Part shown: positions 28,113 through 42,063 of the stretch, in pieces
Position numbering within the stretch: the first letter of the stretch is position 1
Layout of the letters: each line of letters opens with the position of its first letter
Origin: the human T2T-CHM13v2.0 reference genome, Homo sapiens
DNA: 64,000 nucleotides
Reading direction: 5' to 3' (one strand)
Assembly: GCF_009914755.1 (NCBI RefSeq)
Contig: NC_060931.1
Program-made: the position numbers and the translations under genes
Notes under the pieces: model-generated
What the model was told of the DNA's origin: nothing
The model's input: only the letters and a program-made list of their open reading frames with translations
The model's database searches: none

Positions 28113-29557
28113 TCATTTTCACACTGAAATGTTGACTGAAATCATTAAACAATAAAATCATAAAAGAAAAATAATCAGTTTCCTAAGAAATGATTTTTTT
28201 TCCTGAAAAATACACATTTGGTTTCAGAGAATTTGTCTTATTAGAGACCATGAGATGGATTTTGTGAAAACTAAAGTAACACCATTATGAAGTAAATCGT
28301 GTATATTTGCTTTCAAAACCTTTATATTTGAATACAAATGTACTCCCTGGGAAGTCTTAAGGTAATGGCTACTGGTTATCAAACAAATGTAAAAATTGTA
28401 TATTTTTGAGTACCTGTTACATGCCAGGTAGAATATCTCCTCTCAGCCACTCTGAGTGGAAAGCATCATTATCTCTATTTTACAGAAAAGCAAACTGAGG
28501 CTCAGAGAGATAATATACTTTGCCAGTTAATGAATGATGGAGCCATGATTCCAGCTGAGGTCTGTATTGCCTTGCTCTCTAGGAATGGTAGTCCCCCCCA
28601 TAAAGAATCTCTCAGTTTCCTTTCCAATCAAAAGGTTAGGATCCTTTTGATTGCCAGTGACAGAAACCCAATTTACTAGCTTAAGTAAATAAAAGGAACG
28701 AATTTATTGGCTCATGAAGCCTGAACTATGTGAAGACCTAGGTGGAGAACTGGCCTTAGGAACTCAATGGGACCAAGGACTCAAATGCCACCTGGTGGCA
28801 TTTGCCTTATGCTGGTTTTATTTTCTCAGACCGGACCAGCTTTCTACATAAAGTGGGTCCCTGGTTAGAACTCTTTGCTCCTATCTTTAAGGACCACGAA
28901 AGAAGGAGCCCTTTGTCCTTGGCTAAATGTGAAAAATCCCAGAGACTCTTGAGTCATAGTGCTTACCCCTTGGGCCACTCATAGTCTAGAATGAACTAGG
29001 CTGAGTCTCGTGCCAACAGCACAGGCCTGATGCCAGATAAAAGGGTGAGTGAAGGGGGATAAAAAATAAGACATAGCTACTAAATTATTGCACCAAAGTA
29101 AAAACATTGAGTTGACTTGCAATTTGTTTCTTTTAATTAAATTCATTTCCTTTTTTTGGCATTTTGAAGGCAAAGTAAGATATTAAACTTTATTTTTATT
29201 GATTTTATTCAAAGAATTAAGCTAGTGGGAGTAGCAGATTCACACTTCTAAGATCAAGGGCCAGCTTCTATTATTGAACACTTGGTGTGTGCAAATGCCA
29301 TGAGGTAGGGATACTTTGTTTTGTTTTTTATTTTTTATTGGGTTCGATCTCTTTTGTTTATGATGTATCCCCAAGTGCCTAGAATAGGGCCTGGCATATG
29401 GTATATACTCAATAAATATTTGTTGAATGAATCCATGATGGAATGTGAAATGGCTAGCATTACATAGAAACCTGTAGCATTGCTGGAGAGATAAAATATA
29501 TAAACATAATCCATTGCAGGTATATTGACAAGTTCAAAATAATATAATGGGTATTGA

Positions 29558-29875
<318 letters not shown>

Positions 29876-31109
29876 TTTGAATATCTAAGTTTTAATTGGA
29901 TGCTGAGGGAATGATTAATCAGAGTAGGGCTGGGTTAATTGAAAAATGTGATACATTTGTATTTATGGCCAGATAGAGAACATGAATCTGAATTTGCAGA
30001 ATTATCTGGCTTAACATTTTTTTCTTTCCAGTTTTCACTGTATCCCCCATGTTGATTCAATTTAAAAAATATACCTATTTTACTTCAATTCAACAATGCT
30101 ATGCCAGTACAAACCCATACGTTCTATTATTTTTGTTTTGTTTTGTTTTTGTATCTCCACCCTGTTACTTCTTTTCTTATAAAATTGGTATTTGAAATTT
30201 ATTGAAATATTTTGGAAGAGTGACATACCATTTTTGGTACTTTGTACCTCTGCACCCTTGGGAAGTGACCCTGGCTTCACATTTCATAACTGCCTTGTGA
30301 CCATGGCCCTCAAGTGGTTGCCAGATGGTTGAAGAACATTAACCTATCTGGCTCAATTTTGTGACCATGGATTGAATCCTCTACATAACTGCAGTGTGCA
30401 AACCACACATCCGTTCCAAGATTGTAGTCAGGATATGAACTTTTTAAGAATAAAACTTCTTCCCTTCTGATCTGGGCCTGGCATGTGGTCCTACTAGAAC
30501 CACATCACCTACTCTTGGTGCTAACAATTTGTGGCACCAAGTTGTTCAAGTTTCACCCATTAAAGAAATTCCCCGACCTTGCCTTCTCCTCAGGTAACTA
30601 CCCCATTCTATTTTTTCTTTCATAGCTAACATTCTCTGCTCTCCTGGTCTCTCTACTTCACTTTCATTTACATCTCAGCTCCTGAAGTATGGTTTCCACC
30701 ATGTTCCTAAAACTACATTGCCCAGGGTCACTAGAGACCTCTTATGAAATATAACAACACCTTTCTACATTACTTCGGTGTGGACCACTTTTTCACATTG
30801 AACCCATTTTGTTGGTTTATGTATACACCCCTTCCTTGGCTTTCCCATCTGATCCATTTCTCCTTTGATGGAGAAGGTGAGTCTGCTCCATATTTAGCTT
30901 CTTACTCTGAGTAACCAAATGTTATGGATGGGAGGTTAGCTCTGTGTGTGAGAGAAAGGTGGAGAAGCATGTGGGGAGGGAAATAGATGGGAAAAGGTAA
31001 TTAGGCTTTATAGAAGGGCTCTCATTAGCAAGCTTCTAGGGGATGCCAAGATCCATGCTTAGAGATTGCCAGGCTTGTCTTCAAATCTCAGCTGTGTATT
31101 ACTCCTTTA

Positions 31110-31405
31110 TGTTTTTTGTTTGTTTGTGTTGTTTGTTTTTGAGACAGAGTCTCGCTGTGTCACCCAGGCTGGAGTGTAGTGGTGTGATCTCAGCTCACTG
31201 CAAACTCTGCCTCCTGGGTTCAAGCGAATCTCAGTCTCCTGAGTAGCTGGGACTACAGGCATGCACCACCAGGCCTGGCTAATTTTTGTAGAGACGGGGT
31301 TTTGCTATGCTGGCCAGGCTGGTCTTGAACTCCTGACCTCAAGTGATCTGCCCGCCTTGGCCTCCCAAAGTGTTGGGATTAGTGGCGTGAGCCACTGCCC
31401 CGGCC
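31110..31405 (-). mobile_element. Alu (S/J)
   Basis: Dimer; TSD tattactccttta at 31097-31109 and 31406-31418. Confidence 0.9.
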
Positions 31406-32260
31406 TATTACTCCTTTAGAGTGATTTAGAGCCATGTTTACTTATGGTAACTTGACAGTAATGGGAATAACCACTGATGAAACGTAAAGCCTTTGTCTAA
31501 TTGTTTACCTAGTTCTTCCTTGTGGTTCATGAAATTTTTCATCTCTGTACAGTTTGAAAATTAAGATGATAATATTTAGAGATATTTTATTCCTTTGTGA
31601 AGAGAAAAAAGGCTTTCATTAACAGAAATCAGTGGCAATAACTTAATAAATACAATCAGCTGGTGTTCCTATAGTATTTAAAAGAAAACAGAAAGTTTAC
31701 TAGATTTCAGCCAGTTTTCAGACTATTTAATGTCTATTCTTACTATAATAGAAAATATATAATTTGATCTTGTTCTCATTTTTCAAAGACCTTTAATACA
31801 TGATTTTAGTAGTTGAAAATGAAGTTTAATGATAGTTTATGCCTCTACTTTTAAAAACAAAGTCTAACAGATTTTTCTCATGTTAAATCACAGAAAAAGC
31901 CACCTGACATTTTAACTTGTTTTTGATTTGACAGTGAAATCTTATAAATCTGCCACAGTTCTAAACCAATAAAGATCAAGGTATAAGGGAAAAATGTAGA
32001 ATGTTTGTGTGTTTATTTTTTCCACCTTGTTCTAAGCACAGCAATGAGCATTCGTAAAAGCCTTACTTTATTTGTCCACCCTTTTCATTGTTTTTTAGAA
32101 GCCCAACACTTTTCTTTAACACATACAATGTGGCCTTTTCATGAAATCAATTCCCTGCACAGTGATATATGGCAGAGCATTGAATTCTGCCAAATATCTG
32201 GCTGAGTGTTTGGTGTTGTATGGTCTCCATGAGATTTTGTCTCTATAATACTTGGGTTAA

Positions 32261-32509
<249 letters not shown>

Positions 32510-35500
32510 TAACTATATTCATTTTTGTGATTATGAAAAGACTACGAAATCTGGTGAATAGGTGTAAAAATATAAAGGATGAATCCAACTCCAAACACTA
32601 AGAAACCACCTAAAACTCTAGTAAGGATAAGTAAAAATCCTTTGGAACTAAAATGTCCTGGAACACGGGTGGCAATTTACAATCTCAATGGGCTCAGCAA
32701 AATAAATTGCTTGCTTAAAAAATTATTTTCTGTTATGATTCCAAATCACATTATCTTACTAGTACATGAGATTACTGGTGCCTTTATTTTGCTGTATTCA
32801 ACAGGAGAGTGTCAGGAGACAATGTCAGCAGAATTAGGTCAAATGCAGCTAATTACATATATGAATGTTTGTAATATTTTGAAATCATATCTGCATGGTG
32901 AATTGTTTCAAAGAAAAACACTAAAAATTTAAAGTATAGCAGCTTTAAATACTAAATAAATAATACTAAAAATTTAAAGTTCTCTTGCAATATATTTTCT
33001 TAATATCTTACATCTCATCAGTGTGAAAAGTTGCACACCTGAAAATCCAGGCTTTGTGGTGTTTAAGTGCCTTGTATGTTCCCCAGTTGCTGTCCAATGT
33101 GACTCTGATTTATTATTTTCTACATCATGAAAGCATTATTTGAATCCTTGGTTGTAACCTATAAAAGGAGACAGATTCAAGACTTGTTTAATCTTCTTGT
33201 TAAAGCTGTGCACAATATTTGCTTTGGGGCGTTTACTTATCATATGGATTGACTTGTGTTTATATTGGTCTTTATGCCTCAGGGAGTTAAACAGTGTCTC
33301 CCAGAGAAATGCCATTTGTGTTACATTGCTTGAAAAATTTCAGTTCATACAACCCCATGAAAAATACATTTAAAACTTATCTTAACAAAGATGACTACAC
33401 TTAGGTCCAGAATGTTCTCTAATGCTCTTGATAATTTCCTAGAAGAAATTTTTCTGACTTTTGAAATAATAGATCCATAATATATATTCTTATGGAAATC
33501 TGAAACCATTTGGGCATTTGGGGGTAAAAAGTATTTTATTAGTAAATTTAAATGAGGTAGCTGGATAATTAAATTACTTTTAAGTTACCTTTGAGATGAT
33601 TTTTCTCAATCAGAGCACCACCCAGAGCTTTGAGAAACAATTTTATTCACAGCTTCTGATTCTATTTGATGTAATTTTTAGAAAATAAGTTTTGCTGGTT
33701 GCTTTGAATCAGGGTATGGAGTACAGTTCACTCTGATCCTATCATATAAATCATGTAAGTATATAACATTTTCAATAAGTGATTGTTGGATTGAAGTGAA
33801 TGATATTTCAAGTAATTGTTATGTCATGGCCAAGATTTCAGTGAAACTCAAAATTTCTCCTGGTTGTGTTCTCCATTGCATGCTGCTTCTATTGATTAAC
33901 CTAAGCACTACTGAGTAGAAGCTGGAAGAGGGGTCTAATTAGAAGGCCCCTTTCTATGCTCTGCTTGGCTTGTAAAATAATTTATTTCTCTAGATCCCAC
34001 CAACATAGTAGTTTCATGTATGCAAAAACACCCACCTAAATGTCAAAGTTTGTATGATACATGGACATATCTATAGAATTTTTTTTGGTCTGGTGCATGC
34101 CAAAAAATAAACATGATATAGAAGAATTTAATATTTATTGAGTACCTAATCTGTTCCAGTTCAATATGAAGGTCTTTATGCAGATTATTTTACTTAATTT
34201 TCCTAGTAACTCCATGGAGCAAAAATTATCTCTAATTTATATAACAGGAAGTTGAGCGTGAGGCAAATTAAGTAACTTTCCCAAAGTTACACATATGGTA
34301 AGTTTGAGAGATATCCCAGTCTCTTTAGCTCCAAAGCCTTTGACCCTTTCACCATACCAGATTATGATTGCTATTAATATATAATTATAATTATAATGAT
34401 TGTATTTAGGTACTCAACAGAATGGTGACTCTAGTAACCAGCCTTGGTTCTGCTGAGCTTCTCTGCGTCTTCTCAGGAGACACAGGCTACAGAGCTTGAA
34501 GGCTGAGGATTCTTCCAGGGTCACTTCAGGGGCAAATCTGAAACTTTCTTCAGGACAGGAATCAACGAGATCTTCTCACTTACTTATACCTGGGGGAGGA
34601 ACTGTATGAAATCCACCCAAGAACCAGTCATGCTAAGGGCCAAACCTATAGACAAAAAAAGGGATAGGAGAATGGAGTATGTATGGAGAAAGACTAAATT
34701 GTTCTTAAACTTCTCAAGCTTAAAAATATCCCAGCAAAAGAGATCGTAAAAGCCCTTCATGGCGTATTAATTATCCATGCATGGGGGTGAGTGGAAAGGT
34801 ACTCCTGAGCCCGAGGCTACAGCTTTGGAACTAGCAGCACCTTTGAAGGGGAAAGCGTGTTTCCATCATCTCAACTCCTACTGATAACCAATGGAATATT
34901 GGTGAGTAAAGGATCCTGGGGGAAGAAGCAGCTGAAATGTGTAGGTGAGAAGGCAGAGAGAAGAATATTTATATTGGGAATGGCACAAGTGTGATGAGGC
35001 TGCAGGTTTTTCACCCTTGTCATAGAGAAAAAACCACGCTGACACCATGCAGTTTTAAATAGTGAGAAATTTGCAAATTGTTAGATCTTAAATAATTTAG
35101 ATAACCATAGTGGCCATTTAGATTATTGCAGTTTTTTCAGGATATCTGATCTCTTGATTTCATTCTTTTTGTCTCTTATAAGAATAAAAGGGGGGGAGAA
35201 AATTTAGCCATTATAGTATTTCTCTACATTTTCTCTGTCCTTTTACATAACTTACACCAGTGCCTTCCTATTTATGGTATTATTTATGGGTATTTCTTCT
35301 TTTCTTTCACTGAGCAAGGATAAATGAGCCAGGGATTCTTGAAACTACTGTAACACTTCTCTTAGAAATAGATGGTCATACTTTCAGAATCTCTACACAT
35401 TCTTAGTCCCTCTAAACAATGATAGTTGTGGCATAAAAATATTTGCTTGGTTTCAGGACTGATAGAGAAAAGTACTATAAAATTTGCTGTTAACTGTGAA

Positions 35501-35676
35501 AGGTTAAAAAAAAGGAGGTGCCATCATGAAGGAGCTAATCTTTCTGAAGTACTGCTGTAGTTTTAAATATTATTAGCTATGACTTCTCACCATTAACTAT
35601 GCACTTGCTTTTTCTTCATCTGACTCAGCAGCCAGATAGATGCAACATTGTCTTTAACATTTAAGACTCCTAGCAA

Positions 35677-36117
<441 letters not shown>

Positions 36118-36389
36118 TTATTATGATAAGAAATTCACAAGCATTCATTCAAAATACTCTTGATTCCTAGGCAGCTCTGGGCATATTTCCACCAACAAAT
36201 TGAGGCATATGTCAGTGCAGCCTAGGTCAGACTACCTTTTTTCATTAAACCTCACAAAATTAAAGGACATACAGGAGAAGTCCTGGTACTCATGTTGCAG
36301 ACTACAGTCTATATGGCAAAGGAGGATCTCTGTCCCTTATGTTTGGATGAAAACATTGGGTAGGCATTTGAATACAAGCCTACTGCTAA

Positions 36390-36950
36390 TATGGGGCTAA
36401 GGTCTTTGGCCCCCTAAAGGTTTGCTGAAATATTACTGACAGGAGGCAGATTGATAAGAGGAAAAGCACATAAATGTATTTGACATGTATACATGGGAGC
36501 CTTCAGGATGAAGACCTACCCTCTCAGTGCAGTATGGAAGCTTGTATACCATCTTGAGGTTACAGAAAGAATGGGGGTTTGGATCTTTGTAAAACAGGTT
36601 TCAGTGGCAAGACAGGTTATGAGAAGGAGAAAGGAAGAGACTTGGGTAGCAAAGGGGGTCTTGTTTTGTAGGTAAATCGTTGGCAGCCCACAGAGAAAAT
36701 AGATGGAGAATGTTTCTTTTCAGACCTTGGCAGGTGTCAGATTCTCAGTTAATCTCTCCTAGATTTGAAAAAAAAAAAAAAAGGTCTAGAAAGGGAGAGC
36801 CTGGCTGCACTAACACATTTTCTACAGATGCAAATTTCTCCCACAAAATACAGCTTTGCAGGTCCACTTCTATCTGCTGGGCCTGTGGCAACCATTTCAA
36901 AATATGTGAATGAAATATATGTGGGGGTAAACTATTTTTATTTACTTCCC
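36390..36950. mobile_element. ERV1-type solo LTR (MER34/MER39-like)
   Basis: aggcagattgataagaggaaaagc...ccatttcaaaatatgtgaatgaaatatatgtgggggtaaa resembles MER34/39 LTRs. Confidence 0.55.
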
Positions 36951-37499
36951 TAAAGAAGGGATGGTGTTCTCTCGGGAATTCTGTGCATAGAGAGCCTGTG
37001 GCTTAGGCACTTTGATTTATGTATATCTCTTCCTGTGATTGGCTATCTAGGGACTGCTATCTCCAGCAAATCTTCTAAATGTCTGCCATGTAGAATTCCT
37101 TTCTCATCTTTCTGTCTCACCCCCTTATCTAGCTGCTTCTCTAACCCTAGAGTGACACTGCACTCCCCACAATCTCCTATGTCCTGAATATTTTACCCCA
37201 TCCTAAACTCCATCTCTAACACAGATGCACTTTCTTGTGCTGCCTACTGCATTGTACATCTTCCCCTTAGTTCCCATGATGCAACTCTGCCCTACCCCAG
37301 AAAATGTAATTTAATTGGTCTGGGATAAAACCTGGGACACTATCATTCTTGAAATATTCCCCAAGCGATTCTAATTATATAGCCAAAGTTGAGAACTATT
37401 TGTAGACAGGCATCAGCATGATCACTTAATGATTTAACTTTTGCTAGATCTAAGGTGAGGAAATTGGAGAGTGGTATCCATAGGAAGAACTGTTTAGTT

Positions 37500-39296
37500 T
37501 AATTTTTTTTTTATTTTTTCTTCTAAAAAAAAATCCAACAACGAGATACATGTGCGGAACATGCAGGTTTGTTACATAGGTATAATGTGCCATGGTAGTT
37601 TGTTGCACCTATTGACCCATCCTCTAAGTTCCCTCCCCTACTCCTTACTTCCCAACAGGCCCTGGTGTATGTTGTTCCCCTCTCTGGGTCCACCTGTTCT
37701 CAATGTTCAACTCCCTTTTACGAGTGAGAACACATGGTGTTTGATTTTCTGTTCCTGTGTTAATTTGCTGAGGATGATAGTTTCCAGCTTCATCCACGTC
37801 CCTGCAAAGGACATGATCTCATTCCTTTTTATGGCTGCATAGTATTCCATGATGTATATGTACCACATTTTCTTTATCCAGTCTGTCATTGATGGGCATT
37901 TGGGTTGGTTCCATGTCTTTGCTATTGTAAATAGTTCTGCAGTAAACATATATGTCCATGTGTCTTTATAGTAGAATGATTTATATTACTTTGGGTATAT
38001 ACCCAGTAATGAGATTGCTGGGTCAAATGGCATTTCTGGTTCTAGATACTTGAGGAATCGCCACACTGTCTTCCACAATGGTTGAACTAATTTACACTCC
38101 CACTAACAGTGTAAAAGCGTTCCTATTTCTCCACAGCCTCACCAGCATCTATTGTTTCCTAACATTTTAATAACTGCTATTCTGACTGGCATGAGATGGT
38201 ATCTCATTGTGGTTTTGATTTGCATTTATCTGATGATCAGTGATGCTGAGATTTTTAAAATATGTTTGTTGGCCCTGTAAATGTCTTTTGTGAAGTGTCT
38301 GTTCATATCCTTTGCCCACCTTAATAGGGTTTTTTTTTTCTTGTGAATTTGTTTAAGTGCCTTGTAAATTCTGGAAATTAGATCTTTGTCAGATGGATAG
38401 ATTGCAAAAATTTTCTCCCATTTTGTAGGTTGCCTGTTCACTCTGATGATAGGTTCTTTTGCTGTGCAGAAGCTCTTTAGTTTAATTAGATCCAATTTGT
38501 CAATTTTGGCTTTTTTTGCAATTGCTTTTGGCATTTTCCTCGTGAAGTCTTTGCCCGTGCCTATGTCCTGAATGGTATTGCGTAGGTTTTCTTCTAGGGT
38601 TTTTATAGTTTTGGGTTTTACATTTAAGTCTTTAATACATCTTGAGTTAATTTTTGTATAAGGTATAAGGAAGGGGTCCAGTTTCAGTTTTATGCATAAT
38701 GGCTAGGCAGTTTTCCCACCACCATTTACTGAATAGGAGATCTTTTCCTCATTGCTTGTTTTTGTCAGATTTGTCGAAGATCAGATGGTTGTAGATGTGT
38801 GGTGTTATTTCTGAGGTCTCTGTTCTGCACCATTGGTCTATATGTCTGTTATCGTACCAGTCCCATGCTGTTTTGGTTACCGTAGCCTTGTAGTATATTT
38901 TGAAGTCTGGTAGCGTGATGCCTCCAGCTTTGTTCTTTTTGCTTAGGATTGTCTTGGCTATATGGAGTCTTCTTTGATTCCATATGAAATTTAAAATAAT
39001 TTTTTTTTATTCTGTGAAGAATGTCAATGGTAGTTTGATGGGAATAGCATTGAAATTATAAATTACTTTGGGCAGTATAGCCATGTTCACAATATTGATT
39101 CTTTCTATCCGTAAGGACGGCACTTTTTCCATTTGTTTGTGTTCTCTCTTATTTCCTTGAGCAGTGGTTTGTAGTTCTCCTTAAAGAGGTCTTTCACATC
39201 CTTTGTTAGCTGTGTTCCTAGGTATTTTGTTCTCTTTGTAGTGATTGTGAATGGGAATTCATTCTTGATTTGCCTCTCTGCTGCCTGTTGTTGGTG
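37500..39296 (-). mobile_element. 5'-truncated older L1PA (3'UTR plus decayed ORF2 C-terminus)
   Basis: Minus-strand ORF fragments [14 protein letters not shown] and [19 protein letters not shown]; frameshifted. Confidence 0.92.
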
Positions 39297-39979
39297 TAAA
39301 CAAAATTCATTTCTTGTTCTTATTTGTGAAATTTTGGAACCAAATCTATTTTCAAATTAGAAATTGCTTGTGATAATGGTTTTGCAACTTAGACTGGATA
39401 TGAGACGATGAGATATTAGTTCTTTCATTCCTTTGTAGGAATATGGTGCATCTTGCATTATTTTAGCTAACTAGTGTCCTTTAATGACTAATGAATATGA
39501 CATGGTGAAACAAAGTAAAATATATATGATGCACTAAGTATGCATTGTTTCCAAAGGTTCAGCATTTTTTTTTTGTTAACTCTGCTGGGATCTGCTTTAT
39601 GCACTGATAACATAACTTATTTTATGATCTTAAGCAAATAAAAACACTTATCTGGACCTCAGTTTCCTTAACTGTACAACTGAGGGAAACTGTATAGTAT
39701 AGCTATAGTACAGTATACCATCTTTACCGTCACTTCCATCTTTTAAATTATGTGTATATAAGATAGGGCCTAGATAAATGGTATTTATCTTAAATTACAG
39801 TGATACTAGCTTATAACTTAATTTGCTAGGTCATGTTGAACTGATAACAATGTGTGAACTGATGAGCAACTGAGAAGTAACCAGGTTGTGTTATAACAGT
39901 TTGTTTTTGATTTAGGGTTATCAGTGAGGGTGGCGGTGGGGAGGGGACTTTGGAGTCTAACTGTCTAGTTCAAATATTA

Positions 39980-40165
39980 GTTTTTGTTTATTTTTATTTT
40001 TAATTTTTGTGGGTACATAGTAGATGTATATATTTATGGGGTACATGTGATGTTTTCATATAGGCATGCAATGTGAAATAAGCACATCATAGAGAATGGG
40101 GTATCCATCCCCTCAAACACTTATCTTTTGAGTTACCAACAATCCAATGACACTCTTTAAGTTAT
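39980..40165 (-). mobile_element. L1MA 3' end fragment
   Basis: ttttaatttttgtgggtacatagtag...tttatggggtacatgtgatgtttt. Confidence 0.7.
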
Positions 40166-40270
40166 CAAATCACAGTTTTGCCAGCTACTAGCCATGTGAG
40201 TTTGGGTAGGTTACTTAAATTCTCTTCATCTCAATTTCATTATTGTAAAGTGGAGATAATGATAGCACAT

Positions 40271-41367
40271 TTTTTCTTTTTCTTTTTTCTTTTATTTTTT
40301 ATTATTATACTTTAAGTTGTGTGATACATGTGCAGAATGTGCAGGTTTGTTACATAGGTATCAACAACTCTATAAAACATGTTCTATCCAGGAAAAGAAA
40401 CTATCATCAGAGTGAACAGGCAACTTACGGAATGGGAGAAAATGTTTGCAATCTAGATGGCGATTGCAATGGCGGTTCGCTGCATCCATCAGCCCATCAT
40501 CTACATTAGGTATTTCTCCTAATGCTATCCCTCCCCTTGCTCCCCACCCCCTCACAGGCCCCTGTGTGTGATGTTCCCCTCCCTGTGTCCATGTGTTCTC
40601 ATTGTTCAACTCCCACTTATGAGTGAGAACATGTGGTGTTTGGTTTTCTGTTCTTGTGTTAGTTTGCTGAGAATGATGGTTTCCAGCTTCATCCATGTTC
40701 CTGCAAGGACATGAACTCATCCTTTTTTATGGCTGTATAGTATTCCATGGTATATATGTGCCACATTTTCTTTATCCAGTCTATCATTGGTGGACATTTG
40801 GGTTGGTTCCAAGTCTTTGCTATTGTGAACGCTGCAGCAATGAACATACATAAGCATATGTCTTTCTAGTCAAATAAGTTATAATCCTTTGGGTATGTAC
40901 CCAGTAATGGGATTGCTGGGTCAAATGGTATTTCTGGTTCTAGATTCTTGAGGAATCGCCACACTGTCTTCCACAATGGTTGAATTAATTTACACTCCCA
41001 CCAACAGTGTAGAAGCATTCCTATTTCTCCACATCCGCTCCAGCATCTGTTGTTTCCTGACTTTTTAATGATCACCATTCTAACTGGTGTGAGATGGTAT
41101 CTCATTGTGGTTTTGATTTGCATTTCTCTAATGACTAGTGATGATGAGCTTCTTTTCATATGTTTGTTGGCTGCATAAATGTCTTCTTTTGAGAAGTGTC
41201 TGTTCATATCCTTTCCCCACTTTTTGATGGGGTTGTTTTTTTCCTGTAAATTTGTTTAAGTTCCTTGTAGATTTTGGATATTAGCCCTTTGTCAGGTGGA
41301 TAGATTGCAAACATTTTCTCCCATTCTGTAAGTTGCCTGTTCACTCTGATGATAGTTTCTTTTGCTG
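40271..41367 (-). mobile_element. 5'-truncated L1PA inserted into a MIR
   Basis: ORF2 C-terminal fragment [18 protein letters not shown]...; degenerate TSD gatagcacattttt (40261) / gatagaacatgtttt (41368); MIR halves at ~40180-40270 and ~41370-41450. Confidence 0.9.
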
Positions 41368-41471
41368 GATAGAACATGTTTTATAGAGTTGTTGTGAGAA
41401 TTAAATGCATTAAGCACATAGAATAGATTCTGGTACATAGCAAGTGCTCTCTCTATATATGGAACTCTATA

Positions 41472-41551
41472 TGTAGTTGGTGCAAAAGTAATTGTGGTTT
41501 TCACCATTGAAAGTAATGGCAAAGACCATCATTACCTTTTCACCAATTTAA
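41472..41551. mobile_element. MADE1 (Hsmar1-derived MITE)
   Basis: gttggtgcaaaagtaattgtggttttcaccattgaaagtaatggcaaagaccatcattaccttttcaccaa: ~80-bp palindromic element. Confidence 0.85.
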
Positions 41552-41559
41552 ATATATGG

Positions 41560-41925
41560 AAGGAATATATATATAAAACCTATATATATATGTCACATAT
41601 ATGTCTCTAACCCATTATTATAATATATAATACAATATATATTATAATTATAATTGTATATAACATATGTTATATAATAATATAGTAATATTTATTCTAA
41701 ATAAATATATAATACTATAAATAATATAATAATTTATATATATGATTATAATATATAATAGGCTATATTATATATTATTAACATATACATATGTGTATAT
41801 ATATGTCTTTCATAGACTTAAATATATAGAGCAATAATAGGTTAGAAAATAGCAAACATGTATATATAAACATATATACATATAGAAAACATATATAAAA
41901 ACATATATATATATATATATGTGTG
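41560..41925. repeat. AT-rich (TA)n-like low-complexity tract
   Basis: Seen directly. Confidence 0.9.
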
Positions 41926-41941
41926 TGTTTTCTGCCTTTCA

Positions 41942-42063
41942 TTTTTAGAGACAGGGTCTCATCATGTTGCCCAGGCTGGTCTCAAACTCCTGGGCTCAAG
42001 TGATCCTACTGCTTTGGACTCCCGAAGTGCTGGGATTTCAGACATGAGACACTGCACCCAGTC
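41942..42063 (-). mobile_element. FLAM / Alu left monomer
   Basis: gagacagggtctc...gttgcccaggctggtctcaaactcctgggctcaag...gtgctgggatt. Confidence 0.8.

Noticed and set aside
41560-41925. TA-rich tract as a PATRR-like long palindrome
   Set aside because: Only local TA self-complementarity; no long perfect inverted arms could be traced by eye.
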